Source: Magallana gigas (Eukaryota). From it: a DNA stretch of 64,000 nucleotides. The stretch spans positions 7,812,001-7,876,000 of the forward strand of contig NC_088855.1 of NCBI RefSeq assembly GCF_963853765.1. Reading direction: 5' to 3'. The notes beneath the pieces were generated by a model. It searched no databases. It was given only the letters and a program-made list of their open reading frames with translations, and was not told the origin of the DNA. Shown here in pieces: positions 22,980-34,305 of the stretch; positions within the stretch are counted from its first letter, which is position 1; every line of letters begins with the position of its first letter. The position numbers and the translations under genes were made by a program.

Positions 22980-23468
22980 GTATAGCATAAGCTCCCCCCG
23001 ACTTCGTCTCGGTGAGCTAAAAATTGTGGCACCTTTTCAAGTGTGTTAAGAATATCCTAATATTACAATCTGAGTGCAGTGACAATGTGATTACAGTGAC
23101 AATGTGACTCATTGATAATGTGACTACAGTGACAATGTAACCACAGTGATATGTGACAACAGCGACAGTGTGACTACAGTGACAATGTGACTACAGTGAC
23201 AATGTGACTCATTGATAATGTGACTACAGTGACAATGTAACCACAGTGATATGTGACAACAGCGACCATGTGACTACAGTGACAATGTGACTACAGTTAC
23301 AATGTGGGTGCCGTGTACATGTACCTGTATCTGATGAATGAGTTCGTACAGCTCCTTCAGTAGGTCTTTGATGCGCGTTTCTGCAGCAGCTGTGCTCGTG
23401 GAGTTGTCGGACGTCAGCGGACTCTGACTGGATCCCCCACCACCACTGTTTGTTTTAGTTCTCCCCAT
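14190..23468 (-). CDS. SGF29: SAGA-associated factor 29 (tandem Tudor H3K4me2/3 reader), 9 coding exons (23468-23325, 20155-20080, 19743-19671, 19487-19423, 19339-19237, 18640-18458, 15347-15254, 14941-14873, 14306-14190), ~307 aa
   Basis: Spliced product contains TPYYKNKLKGLYKTA, LLRKALDKI, MRRGVLMSMLQQ, PPPLCGA, KPGDKVAARVK, WILAEVV, RRIVPLP, LVLALYPQTTCFYRALIH, YSVLFEDTSYPDGYSPPL.VAQRYV, all hallmark SGF29 motifs; phases consistent; 924 nt. Confidence 0.96.
14397..14518. repeat. 36-bp minisatellite, ~3.4 copies, in the last SGF29 intron
   Basis: TAGGA(C/T)CTTTCTACTTTTGTAATGGGA(T/C)AGGTATTG at 14397, 14433, 14469 and a partial copy at 14505. Confidence 0.9.
16445..17992. mobile_element. 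Foldback / long-TIR non-autonomous DNA transposon with 9-bp TSD (Mutator-like signature)
   Basis: Ends GGGCGCCTGTAAAGTGCGAAACGAAA / TTTCGTTTCGCACTTTACAGGCGCCC; ATACATGTA at 16436-16444 and 17993-18001; arms pair over ~550 bp; subterminal (CGAAA)n. Confidence 0.88.
18894..19086. mobile_element. TACTGT..ACAGTA-type MITE (Tc1/mariner-like TA ends)
   Basis: Imperfect TIRs TTCTGTAAACTAACTTTATTCG / CGAATAATAGTTGGTTAACAGTA; related copy at 29600-29813. Confidence 0.55.
20450..21440. repeat. AT-rich degenerate simple-repeat block (ATATC/GATACAAT motifs)
   Basis: ~1 kb of ATATCATAT, GATACAATAT and complements; includes the perfect palindrome ATATTGTATCATATGATACAATAT at 20882-20905. Confidence 0.85.
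21628..22945. repeat. ~177-bp satellite-like tandem array, 7 monomers, plus a 434-bp-period segmental duplication
   Basis: Monomer starts (AACCTCATCCAGCATCCG or close variant) at 21628, 21805, 22081, 22258, 22434, 22611, 22788; TTTAGCATCCTTGATAATGG at 21501 and 21935. Confidence 0.93.
23075..23306. repeat. 17-bp minisatellite (GTGACTACAGTGACAAT) with a 100-bp higher-order duplication
   Basis: Repeated units visible; AATGTGACTCATTGATAATG at 23101 and 23201. Confidence 0.9.
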
Positions 23469-24564
23469 TTCTTCAAACAGAAATGTTTAAATTTCATACA
23501 AAAAGTAAATTACTTAAAACATTTCAAATTTGCTGACAACTTTATGCTTAGCATCAAATACACTGTATGTTTTAAAAAAGAATAATGATATGTAATAAAG
23601 GTATTCTGACCATCAGTATTTTCTCCCATCATATTACATTGTGACCAGCCCTTAGAATTATCATGTTAAGGTCAAGAGATAAATGGAAATCTAAAAGAAC
23701 CTCGATGTCACTGTATAAGGGCAGGATTGTTGCATTAAGATGGTATGGTAGAGAATCTATCTTAAGAGTTTGATAGAAAACCCCAGTCTTTAGTATTTTA
23801 TTGTGTCTCTTTACCAGATACATATAAATGAAACTGTACTTCTGATGGATATTGAACAAAAAGATCATGAGTATTAGCATCTATAATTTCAATGATAGGT
23901 TTAGCTATAAAGCTTGAAAAAGCTATTAAGTTTAATAAAGCTATTCGGAATAGCTTGATTTAGGTGTTTTGTCATACGTTTTTCTTAAATGGGTATTTTT
24001 TCATTATGTATAAACAAAATTGCACTTCGGTGCAGTGACAGTTTTTAACTTTTAACAATGCAAGATTATATAAACAAGGTAAAGATTACTTATCAAATTG
24101 GGTCTCTTTCAAAAACACAAAAGTTTAAGTTCTAAAAGTTTTTGGGCAATTGATTTGTGATCACACAGTTACTTCATGAATGAAATATAAAGAAGGTCAG
24201 TTGTTGTAAAAAAGATAATTGATCATGTTGATTGGAAATAATACAGCACAATGTGAAAAATCATACTGATCCACACCTCAGTGCACCCAAGGTGGTGGAC
24301 AGTAATATCCATTGTTTTCCCTTGGACTGAAATGTCACATTTTCATTGGTTTAAACATAGCACGTGATTGCCTCATATATCTCTATATTTGTTCTGTGAG
24401 AAATAATATTAGGCAATATATATGGCCATCATTGGTCGATGCTTCGCTTACTCATTTCGACATTTCATAGTATTTTATACGTAAACTTGTCGTAAGTTCT
24501 TAAAGTATTTGGAGTAGTTGCCCTTTGAATTTTTTAAAAATTAGAGTAGTTGCCCTTAGAATAT

Positions 24565-24606
24565 TGACGTCACATTGTTTTGTCTGGAGCAGAACAAAAT
24601 GGCAGC
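24565..24606 (+). promoter_or_regulatory. Candidate promoter motifs in the SGF29/TLCD3 divergent spacer: CRE (TGACGTCA) and YY1-like AAAATGGCAGC
   Basis: TGACGTCA at 24565-24572, AAAATGGCAGC at 24596-24606; plus-strand GTAAGT near 24677 and minus-strand GTAAGC at 24451 suggest UTR exons. Motif match only. Confidence 0.35.
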
Positions 24607-24861
24607 GTCGAAATTTGCTTAAATCTCTGCAGAGGAAAGGGAGAAAACATTTAAAATTGAATAGCAACAAAACATTGTAAGTAAACATGGGTGAAGCAAA
24701 GATTTTGAAAGAGTATTTGAAAGGTGAAATTGAAAATTTTGAAGAGTTTAAATGAGTTAAATTGGATGAGATGAAAGGCATCTTGTACATGGCTTTGCGT
24801 AGATCATCGCTATTTGTGAATAAATATGTCGCTTAATGATAGTCCTCGAGAAAACAAAACA

Positions 24862-24887
24862 CTTATCAGGTTAGTTACTGACTCACT

Positions 24888-24920
<33 letters not shown>

Positions 24921-24937
24921 AGGCTCGGCTTCGCCTC

Positions 24938-24974
<37 letters not shown>

Positions 24975-25000
24975 AGTGAGTCAGTAACTAACCTAATAAG
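24862..25000. repeat. Near-perfect 139-bp hairpin (palindromic MITE)
   Basis: 59-bp arms with one mismatch; 21-nt loop AGGCTCGGCTTCGCCTCGCCA. Confidence 0.92.
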
Positions 25001-25864
25001 TAATAATATATGGAAATATATATTAAATTTTAATAAGGTTTGCTTTTTAAATGGTCTATGGTATAAATATGAGTGGTAATTAACTTGCAGTTTTTTTTGT
25101 ATATTTTGGAGAATTAACATTTTTGTGAAAAATTGCATATTTATAGCTATATCAAGCTATTCTGAATAGATTTATTAAGCTATTTAGCTTTTTACAAGCT
25201 TTATAGCTAAATCAAGAGATTGTGCTGGACCTGCAATAACCAATTTTATAAAAACGATGATAGAGTCTGGTGCCTTAATCATATGGCATATCATTTAATC
25301 TTGATAAAAAGTTAATTGACCTTTAAAGCATTTTCATGATTATCACAATATTCGGATAAACGATGTATCGAATCAGCTGATTTAATGTGTAAACAAGCCC
25401 AACAACATTCTGACGTACAAATGAGCTGTCGGGTTTTCCTGCTGTAGATTCTTAAATCATAGCATTTTTACTTTATAAAAACATCTCTGACACAAATATC
25501 TAGATTTGAAACAAACTTGCCTGTCTCAAATTCGTTGTTCTTGCAACTGCAAGGCAGCGAAGGCTCCTTAGCTTTGTTCACCGGAAGTTAAGAATTAAGA
25601 ACTAAATGTAAACTTGCTCTAATATTTCGATCATCTGTGAATAGCTGCCTCCAATTTTTTACCATAAAGCCCTAAATACATTTATTTATAAATATAATTT
25701 CATTATTTGCTCTGTGTAAAGAATGAAACACCTTTCTACAATTGAATAAGAAAAATCGGGATCGATATACAGAAAATTGACATCTGATTTGCAACGATGT
25801 TTTTGATTCGTTGATTCGTATTCTTACGATACATTTGATTAGTCGATGGTAGGTATCAACAAAT

Positions 25865-28800
25865 ATGGAGGAGCTAGGCGTTTTCGTCTGCGGTTCCATA
25901 TTCTTTCCTGCATGTTTTATCATTATTCGATATCTTCTTTACGCGTTTTTTGGCTCCAGACTTACTGATGCTGACGTCCATAATGTAACTGAAAAGTATG
26001 TATAAGTGACATCAATATTTGGATTTTAATAGACATATTTGGTGATAGAGATAGACGGATGTCTAATTTTAGATGTCAAAGTTATTGCAAAATGTAGAAC
26101 ACCCTCCTGCCCCGAAATTTACTTTGTTAGTTTTTGATTTATGTGTTTCATTTATGTTTTGTGTATGTTTGCGTGTGTTGTTTAATATGTAAGAATGGGG
26201 TCAAAATATGGGTTAAAAACCATGTAAACTGTCGTGTTAAAAATAATTAATTGCACAAAATTTGTTATGTTTATGGATTGTTCAAATTGTAAGATGTTAA
26301 CATCCGGAACATGGCTACTATAACCTGTCTCAAGTTTCTTTTTATCTTATGTTAAACTATTGAAATCTATTGAAGCATAAAAGTACCTTACACCAGCTTT
26401 TTCCAGATATGCCTACACTCTGACATGTTTTCAGCAGCTTGATGTTAGGATCTCCAGGACATATTAAGAAACATTTTTTTAAATTCATGGCGTGCAACCA
26501 TTTATCGCACGTACCATTCCTCACCAGTGCATTGTTTGATATGTCATTTTATCAGCACTTAAAATTATACACGAAAAATGACGTAAATAACAATGCACTG
26601 GTGAGAAAGGGTACTCAGCAAGAACTGGTTGCATGCCAGTAATCGATAAATTTTATAATCTTGCTTGATATGTATTCTTTTTTCATAATTGTGTTTGGGT
26701 GCCATAAAATAAAAACCCAAGTTTTAATTTTAAATAAGCTTTATTAATGTCGGTATATGTATTTATTACTTATTGGCAAATATAAAAACCATTTGTTTTT
26801 TTTTTGATAGATGTGTATCAAGTATTCAAGCAGCCACAGCAACAGTAGTTGGTTTAATCATTGCAGTAAAATGTCAGAAAGATATCATGATGGACAGGTA
26901 AACTTTATATCGATGTCAGTTTCCTAAATTTGATTTACCAGAGTATTTATACTTAATCATGTTAATAATAGGTAAATTACTTACATGATATATTTTGTTT
27001 TGATGTTTTTAATAACAGACCAATGCACATAACAGATGAATGCTTATACCCATTAAGAATTGTTTATTTTGTTGTCCCTTCACAGACAAGGAAATCAAGA
27101 TTTCAAACTTGGTGACGTACTTTTCAGTTGATGGCAAAATCTGCATTTATTTTAGTCTTGCTACATGCATCTGTATAATAGTATGTGTGTATCATTAAGG
27201 GATTCAAGATGATTTGAGTATTTCACTGATAAATTTCCAGCCAGTGTACAGACTTTTTGTAGTACAATCTGCTTTGAAACAAAGAAAAAAAAATTGTTAT
27301 TACTTTCAATTACCCTGTAAGACATTTTTTAAATTTATGTATTAACTTGGCTGACAGCTGATTGAGGATGCCTCTCCATATATAATCTCGCAAAAAATAT
27401 GAATATGCTTTACTTGTTTCCTTGAATTAAATGATATCAGATTTCTGTAAAACATTGCTTACATCATGATATCAGCTTATTTCATTCTGCTGAAATAGGA
27501 GTTTGAATTTCTAGAATACAGGTGCTAGACAACAGGTTTGTTTTGTTGGTATTTTTTTTTTGCTCTTTTTTTCCCCCTCATTTAAATTATCATCATGTTA
27601 ATTTGCTAGACAAACAAATCATAAAATTGGAGAAGTCTACCAAATTTATTCACTAATTAAATTTTACAGAATATTTGTATGCCTGTATGGTAAATAATGA
27701 GTTAGGAGTGTACCTGTTAAGTTACTTCTATACCCAGCACATGGAAGAGTTTTGCCTTTGATGTAGAATAAACAAACTATTTTTAGACATGATATCTAAG
27801 CATTTTAAAAACATTTTATTTTGTTTGATGCAATATACAGTACGTTGAAATCATCGATGTCATGTACGGTAATAATTTTTTTATATTACACTGTGATGAG
27901 CCCTCCATGAATTTATGGCAGACATATCTTTTGCATCTGAAATCCAATCAAAATGTGATTTATTGATTAAACAGTGGGTTTAAAAGTTCAATATCTGGAG
28001 AAAAAACAAATTTAATACCCATTTTATTTTAATAGTACCCCATCGCTCCCGTTAAAAACGATATGAATGTCAATTTTTTTTATCATCAAGAACTTAATTC
28101 TTACAAGTATTACACTATAAATAGCATCCTAGTATATATTTTTTATTTATAAATAAAAAATATACACTGATTTTTGTTAATGTAAATTCCCATGCAAAAT
28201 ATTGACATGTTTATGTATAATTACGGATGAAGGATGGCATAAATTAACCTCCCTTCCCCAAACTATATAAATTTAGGGGTTTTTTTTTCGGACATTAGTC
28301 TTTGATCTCGCTTCTAACAATGAATTCTATTGAAGAGGCCCCTTGGTCAACAAATTAAGCATCAGATCGGTGCAAAACTTTTAGATATGATATTTTTGGT
28401 CATAGACTATCATTTAGTGAAGAAATAATTTATCCAAATAATTTTAGTTTTAAAAAAATTTGTACATTTTTCTTATATCTTTATACAGAGCTCTTCATCT
28501 AAAGAAAGTAAATTTTAGGCTAAAAATGGCCACAACCATCTAGCTCTCTTAATGTAGTAATGACTGTGGCATGGAAAATTTTACCATGGCCCTAGATACT
28601 TGACTGTGGCACTTAAAAAAGTGTACTTACTGTGATAGTCGCATGTACACAGTGAAAAGGCTTAAAATGAGAATACTGCGCATGTATTAAACTAAATAAC
28701 TTCTGGGGAAGTTCCCATTGACAGCATTTCTGTCCTTTCTTCATTTCCATATGTTATTGATCTATGAGTATACATATCTTTGTTATTTCTTCAAAATTTA

Positions 28801-31800
28801 TTTTATTTAGGAAGTTTAAATATTAAGATTGAATAATTTAATAAATGATGGAGCATTGATAATCATTAGTCAATTGTTTGCTTAAGAGGCTCCTGGTATA
28901 TATATATACATGTATATAAGTGTCTGAAAGTAAACTCAACAAATCTGGCATAATTTTACAAAATGAGGTTGGACAGTAATTAATTTGAATCAGTAACTTC
29001 TTGATTTCTTGTTTCAGACACTGGTTGACCAATACCTATGCAGTGTTTGGGATGCCCTACTTCTCCTATGATACTGTTGCTATGTACTATACTTATATTC
29101 ATACCAAGCCTGAGGTTCAAACCCAACCTTTCTTACATCGACTTCAGCATTTTGCTGTAAACTCCAAGGCTATGCTAGTTCATCATCTTCTTCTACCACT
29201 GATCTTGTTCCCTTCAATAATTGTAAGTATTGTAGAAAGATGATGATATACTGTAAATTCCTTATGAAATGTAAGGAATTTATATCTGCGTAAAATCACG
29301 AGAAGCACCCCTTGCGGATTATAAATCTCGCCATTATTTTCTAAGAGTTGGGAACTAAAAGAAAAATAGATAAAGGTTACCTGTTCAGGTTTTTATATTT
29401 TTGCGATTTGATACAAAACAGCGGGATCATGGAATTATATATAAGTACTCGCTTAATATAAGGAATTGACAGTATTCATAAATATTATTGTACATAGATG
29501 ATGATATAATTGTTCATATACAAGAAACATGCAAGTACATATAGTTGTTTTCTAACTTTCATCATGTAAGTAAAGACAGTAAGAAATTGAGATACATGCA
29601 GTACACCTTTATTCACGATAACTTTATTTCTCGATTTACTGGAGATTAACTGGTTTGCGGCAATTAGGTTTCATGTCAAAGATGTACATTATCTGGAAAA
29701 TAAAACACCACAGAAATTTGAGGACTGGTTCATGGGGAGAAATATTTGCAACGATGAGGCTCTCAAGAATCTGCAAAAATTTCTCGCACTTGAATAAAAG
29801 TTGCTTTACAGTATGCATACATGTACTGTACATTAATTACCTTGTAAGATATTTTCAGTAACTAGCATGCTTCATTTCTTTCAGTTTTTCCGTAGAGGTC
29901 TTGGAGACTTTTTTGTTGGAGTTTTGTATATGTGTGAATTTACCATTCCATTTATCTCGGCAAGAATGATTTTAGCTCAGGTAAGTCAGTCACCTGTGAA
30001 GCCATCAAATCAAATAACAGGAAGAAAGACAAAATTATAGAACTTTATGCTATATATAACATTTTCTGCTCACTGGAAAGGGATGTACAGCTGGTGTTAA
30101 CTAAAGACCACAAGGTATTATATAAATCACCGTTTCATATATGTTAAGGAATACAAGTGATGTAAATCAGCTGACATATTATCGAATGAAGTACAAATAA
30201 CATATAGTTTCTGTCATAGATATTGACAGGTGTTGAGGGCAACATAAATTTTGTGATTCCTTCAGGAGAGAATAATTTCCACTGCTTTCTTGGAGGGAGA
30301 TTATCAAACAGGCAGTAAACACAGAAATTATGATTAGGGTAGATATTATAAAGATAATGTAGTTTACTTACATGTATACCAAACAAGATAATGTACATGG
30401 GAAAACTATTGGTGCAATAGCACTGTATGGACCAGTATAGTTCATATGTACAAGAATTTTTTAATACATGTATTGTAAACCTGGAAATGAAAACTCCCTG
30501 ATCCTATATTGGTCTTTACCTTTATTTCTCAAACCACAAAATTTAAAACTCATGAAAGTAAATGATTTTATAGGCAGGGCATAAATCAATAGTTATTCCA
30601 TCACATTAATGAAGATGTCAAATTCTTGTACATTTTATCTTTTTTCTAATTTGGTAGCTTGTGGATAAACTTAATGAAAAAAAAGGGATTTGTCTCCATG
30701 GATATATGTGGCTTATTAGTCACTTCTCAATGATTGTCAGAGATTCATTCATTCTACTGAAATAGATAAGGTTCAATCCTATGTCTCTTATACTTGCTGA
30801 TCATTAATTAGAGAGTGATTGATCATGCTACATTAACCAAATTATAATCAAAGCAGCTGTTCTTTGTGTGTCATCAATAAGTGATCAATAATCAATCAAA
30901 ATTAGAATTAAAATTGAGGTTTGAACCGTATGACTTCAATGTCTTTATTAATGATTCAATAGAGGAAATCATGCTCGCACAGATATTATTTGGAAGACTC
31001 CAACATTTGAAGATATTGTGGACCTATAAATGACTAGCTGATACGTACAATACAATGCAATAATTAGATTATCCAATTTATACAGCCTTCATTTTATATA
31101 ATTACCTGCAGTTCAAAGAACATAATCAATCAATCATACAAGCATTTATAGAATGCATGTAAATCATGTATTCAATTGACAAAATTTGCAGCATTAATTT
31201 TTTTCTCATCATCATGATCATACTTTTCAAACTGAATAAGACACATGAATGTGAAGCAATGCATGCTATGTGGTATACATGTACATGATGTAAAGGATAT
31301 CACTATTTCTGTGGATTTTTTGGAAATTGTCATTACTGGTATTTGTTGTGCACCAACTTTTGTGGAGTTCATTGTTGGTCATGACAGCAATTTTAAGCGT
31401 TTATCAAAGTGAGATGTGACACAGATTTTAATGGGTAGGACTACTGTTGAATCATTAGAATTCGCGGTGGCTCAATTTTTGTGGTTTTCGTGGGTAGCCC
31501 TCCCCCCACAAATTTACGCCCTCCACGAAAACAAGTTTTGAAAGAGTTTTCTTACTAAAACTGAAAATCAACACATCCACGAAAAGACCTTAATAATATC
31601 CCAACGATTAAGCAAACAGCCAAAAATCCACGAAAATTGGCCCCCACAAATTTAAATGATATTCTACAGTATTCTCCATGGAATAAGGTATTCTCAAATT
31701 TGTGTATTAAAATTTCTTTTAAATCCACAAAAAATTGATGCCCATGTATGAATTATATTTATGAAACTACAGTACTGTGTTTCCATTGACTTGAGGTCTG

Positions 31801-32090
31801 CGTTCCTTGTTCTACAGCTACAGATGAAGCACACGTGGTACTACATCGCCGTGGGTCTCCTGATGATCGGCTCCTTCCTCGTCTCTAGGGTGCTGGTGTT
31901 CCCCTTCCTATACTGGAGGTATGCCGTGTATGCGGGCCTCCCCCTGGCTCAGGTGCCTGTACATATCCCCCTCAAGTGTAACCTGGGCTGTCTGCTGATC
32001 CTGGTCCCCCAACTATACTGGCTTTTTCTGATGGTGCGAGGGGCCAGCAAAGTGTTCTACAAAATTTACCTCAAGTCCAAACAACATTGA
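25865..32090 (+). CDS. TLCD3: TLC domain-containing membrane protein (TLCD3/FAM57-like), 5 exons (25865-25995, 26811-26897, 29018-29222, 29885-29980, 31818-32090), ~263 aa
   Basis: Spliced product MEELGVFVCGSIFFPACF...CVSSIQAATATVVG...DRHWLTNTYAVFGMPYFSYD...LVHHLLL...GLGDFFVG.LYMCEFTIPF...F.VSRVL.FP.LYW...PQLYW; TLC motifs (HH, GDFF.G, E, R) present; 792 nt in phase. A versus B paralog cannot be decided. Confidence 0.9.
29249..29474. mobile_element. TACTGT..ACAGTA-type MITE
   Basis: TACTGTAAATTCCTTAT at the left; ATAAGGAATTGACAGTA at the right. Confidence 0.6.
29600..29813. mobile_element. MITE copy related to 18894-19086
   Basis: Shares GAAATATT...ATGAGGCTCTC...CAAAAATTTCTCGCAC..GAATAAAAGTTG..TTACAGTA. 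Confidence 0.55.
31442..31671. mobile_element. TACTGT..ACAGTA-type MITE
   Basis: TACTGTTGAATCATT ... AATGATATTCTACAGTA with internal CCACGAAA repeats. Confidence 0.55.
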
Positions 32091-34239
32091 CCGATGAATT
32101 AGGTCCTTCAAACAACCATGTGTTACTGGCTAGTCATACAGATTGTGATGCATGTTATTAATTGCTCATTAACTTATTTAACTTTAATATCCATATACAT
32201 GACATTATACAATGTTGGGATGCCCCAAGATGTTGTGACATTCCTTGTTTGACAGATATGCAAGGGGTGTGTCGATCAATATAATGTGATTTAATTAATC
32301 ATGCCAAAAATAGGGGTTTTTTTGCCTTCAGAGTTATTAACCTTTTTATATTTGATATTGTGTGATTATATTATATAAACATCATGTTAAACATGCACCA
32401 GATGGAACTGTCTTACCAAGTGTTAACCAGCAATAACTCATTCTCAGTAGATGTTTGACCTAATTTGTACATTTATAGATATTTGACATTTTTGATTCAT
32501 TTTGTACATTTATAGATATTTGACATTCAAGTTTAGATGTGTTGTACCGCGTTAGTGAGATAATATGCGAGCAGCTAGGGCTTAATATTCCAGTCCATGC
32601 TCAATTTTTGCAATGTGTTAAAATTTATTATATAAGATCAAGGAAACTGTCAGATGAATGCAGTCGTTACATTCCGATTTCTCTGGATGTCAGAGGTGAA
32701 TTGCCAAAGGGATTAGAATTTCACAATCTCCTGTTGACAATAGAATTGTTTGTGCTCCAAATACATGCATTTATTATTGCAAACAAAAACGAAAAACAAA
32801 TATTTAAATACAGTTACAATTAAACATAAGTGACAATAGGTAAACATATAAGTAAGATGATTTGGTTGTTGAATATTCATAAGCTTATTATAAAGACATT
32901 GTTTGTTTTTAGAAGAATACTACATGTATTGTTTTGAGAAGTCTTTTGCACTGATTTTGTTTTTGTGTGGACATGTCAACAATCGGTACTGCTATTTACC
33001 CTACCACCAGGACTTTCTTTGTGTTCTGTTCGTTTTTTCTTTATGGTTGTTGTAGAATTCTTGAATGGTATTTATGTTTTCAATCTCTCATGTTGGCTTT
33101 ATTTTACTTATCAGTGCATGCATATTATCCATGAATTCCTGTTGACTACATCAAGTTTCCATTGCCTAGAATTGTTCAAAATAACTTAGGCTTACTGTAG
33201 TTAAAACTTATCTTAAATGACATTTTGTACACTAGATTCTGATCAAAGTGCCTATACATCCTGTTTTTCAGTATTTCCTTTACGAATTCCATTTGTGCAC
33301 TTGTACATTGTACTAAACTATACCAAATATATTTAAAAACAAAATAATTGACTTTACATAAGATGAAGTTGCATGTCTTGAAGTTTTCAAACATTAGCAA
33401 GGTCATTGTTTATTTAAGAATTTCACATGCAGTATTCCTTTTTTTTTTTTATCCTTATGTGAGAATATTGAAATATTTTGTGCAATAAATTCCATGCAAG
33501 TGGTTTTTTTTGTTAAAATAACGATTCTTAGTGTTTTGTTAATTTTTTTAAATAAAAAATTGTCCATAAATTTCATTTTTTTTACTGTGGAATTGAAGAA
33601 CATGTATAATAGAAGTAAAAGAAGAAATAGAAAGTAAACAACAAGTTGGAAATAAGAAATGCTGTTATTGGTTAGAGACAGTCAGTGTTGATTAGGTGCT
33701 TGATAAGTCACCTGTTGGCTTTGATGTGGTAAACAAGAATGGGAGAATAAATCATTGCTTGGAATACACAGCGTATTATGTATCAGAAAAGAACACAATT
33801 GACAGCATTTTTTTAAAAATTGAAACAATAAACATTTGACAGTGTGATAAATATTTCCCATTAATATGATAAGTGGATTCTTCGGAACAATGACTTGGGC
33901 TATAGACTCTTGGATATAAGGGGCCCGGTATCAGACCACAGAGAGCGGATTGGCTTGTAGACCATTTACTAAATCAAAGACTGATAAGTTTGAGAGCGCT
34001 GGAACTGTCGTAGTACTGTCACAAGTATAGGATTACATTATGTATATAGTTTTATTTTATAACGATTGTGCTATAGTTGAAGCCTACAATATAATGTTTA
34101 ATTAGTTGACTATTTATGGAAAAAAATTAAGAATTCTCCCATGCAGTAATCAATGTGTCGATTTTGATTTTTGTGGCTTTGATCTCAATTTCCTCATTTA
34201 GTGAACTAATGAAAGAGTATATATTAATATGTAAATACT

Positions 34240-34305
34240 TCAAAGATTTCTAAACTTATCTATATAACAATCTAGGTTGTTATAGATAAGTTTAGAAAGC
34301 TTTGA
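34240..34305. repeat. 66-nt AT-rich hairpin
   Basis: TCAAAGATTTCTAAACTTATCTATATAACAA / TTGTTATAGATAAGTTTAGAAAGCTTTGA; 6-nt loop, one 2-nt bulge, one mismatch. Confidence 0.75.

Larger units (their letters stand above)
20340..23023 (-). mobile_element. Non-autonomous Helentron/HINE-like element carrying a satellite array
   Basis: Perfect 15-bp subterminal IR AGCTCACCGAGACGA (20374-20388) / TCGTCTCGGTGAGCT (23004-23018); terminus GAGCTAAAAA; (GACGCC)n microsatellite at ~22946-22977; internal tandem repeats. This layout matches the known bivalve HINE architecture. Confidence 0.72.

Noticed and set aside
22823-23049. ORFs with poly-Arg / GVGVGV tracts
   Set aside because: Translation of the (GACGCC)n microsatellite at the Helentron-like end.
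31811-31823. Tandem acceptors CAG-CTA-CAG at the last TLCD3 exon
   Set aside because: The upstream CAG fits homolog spacing; a 2-aa variant is possible but of little interest.
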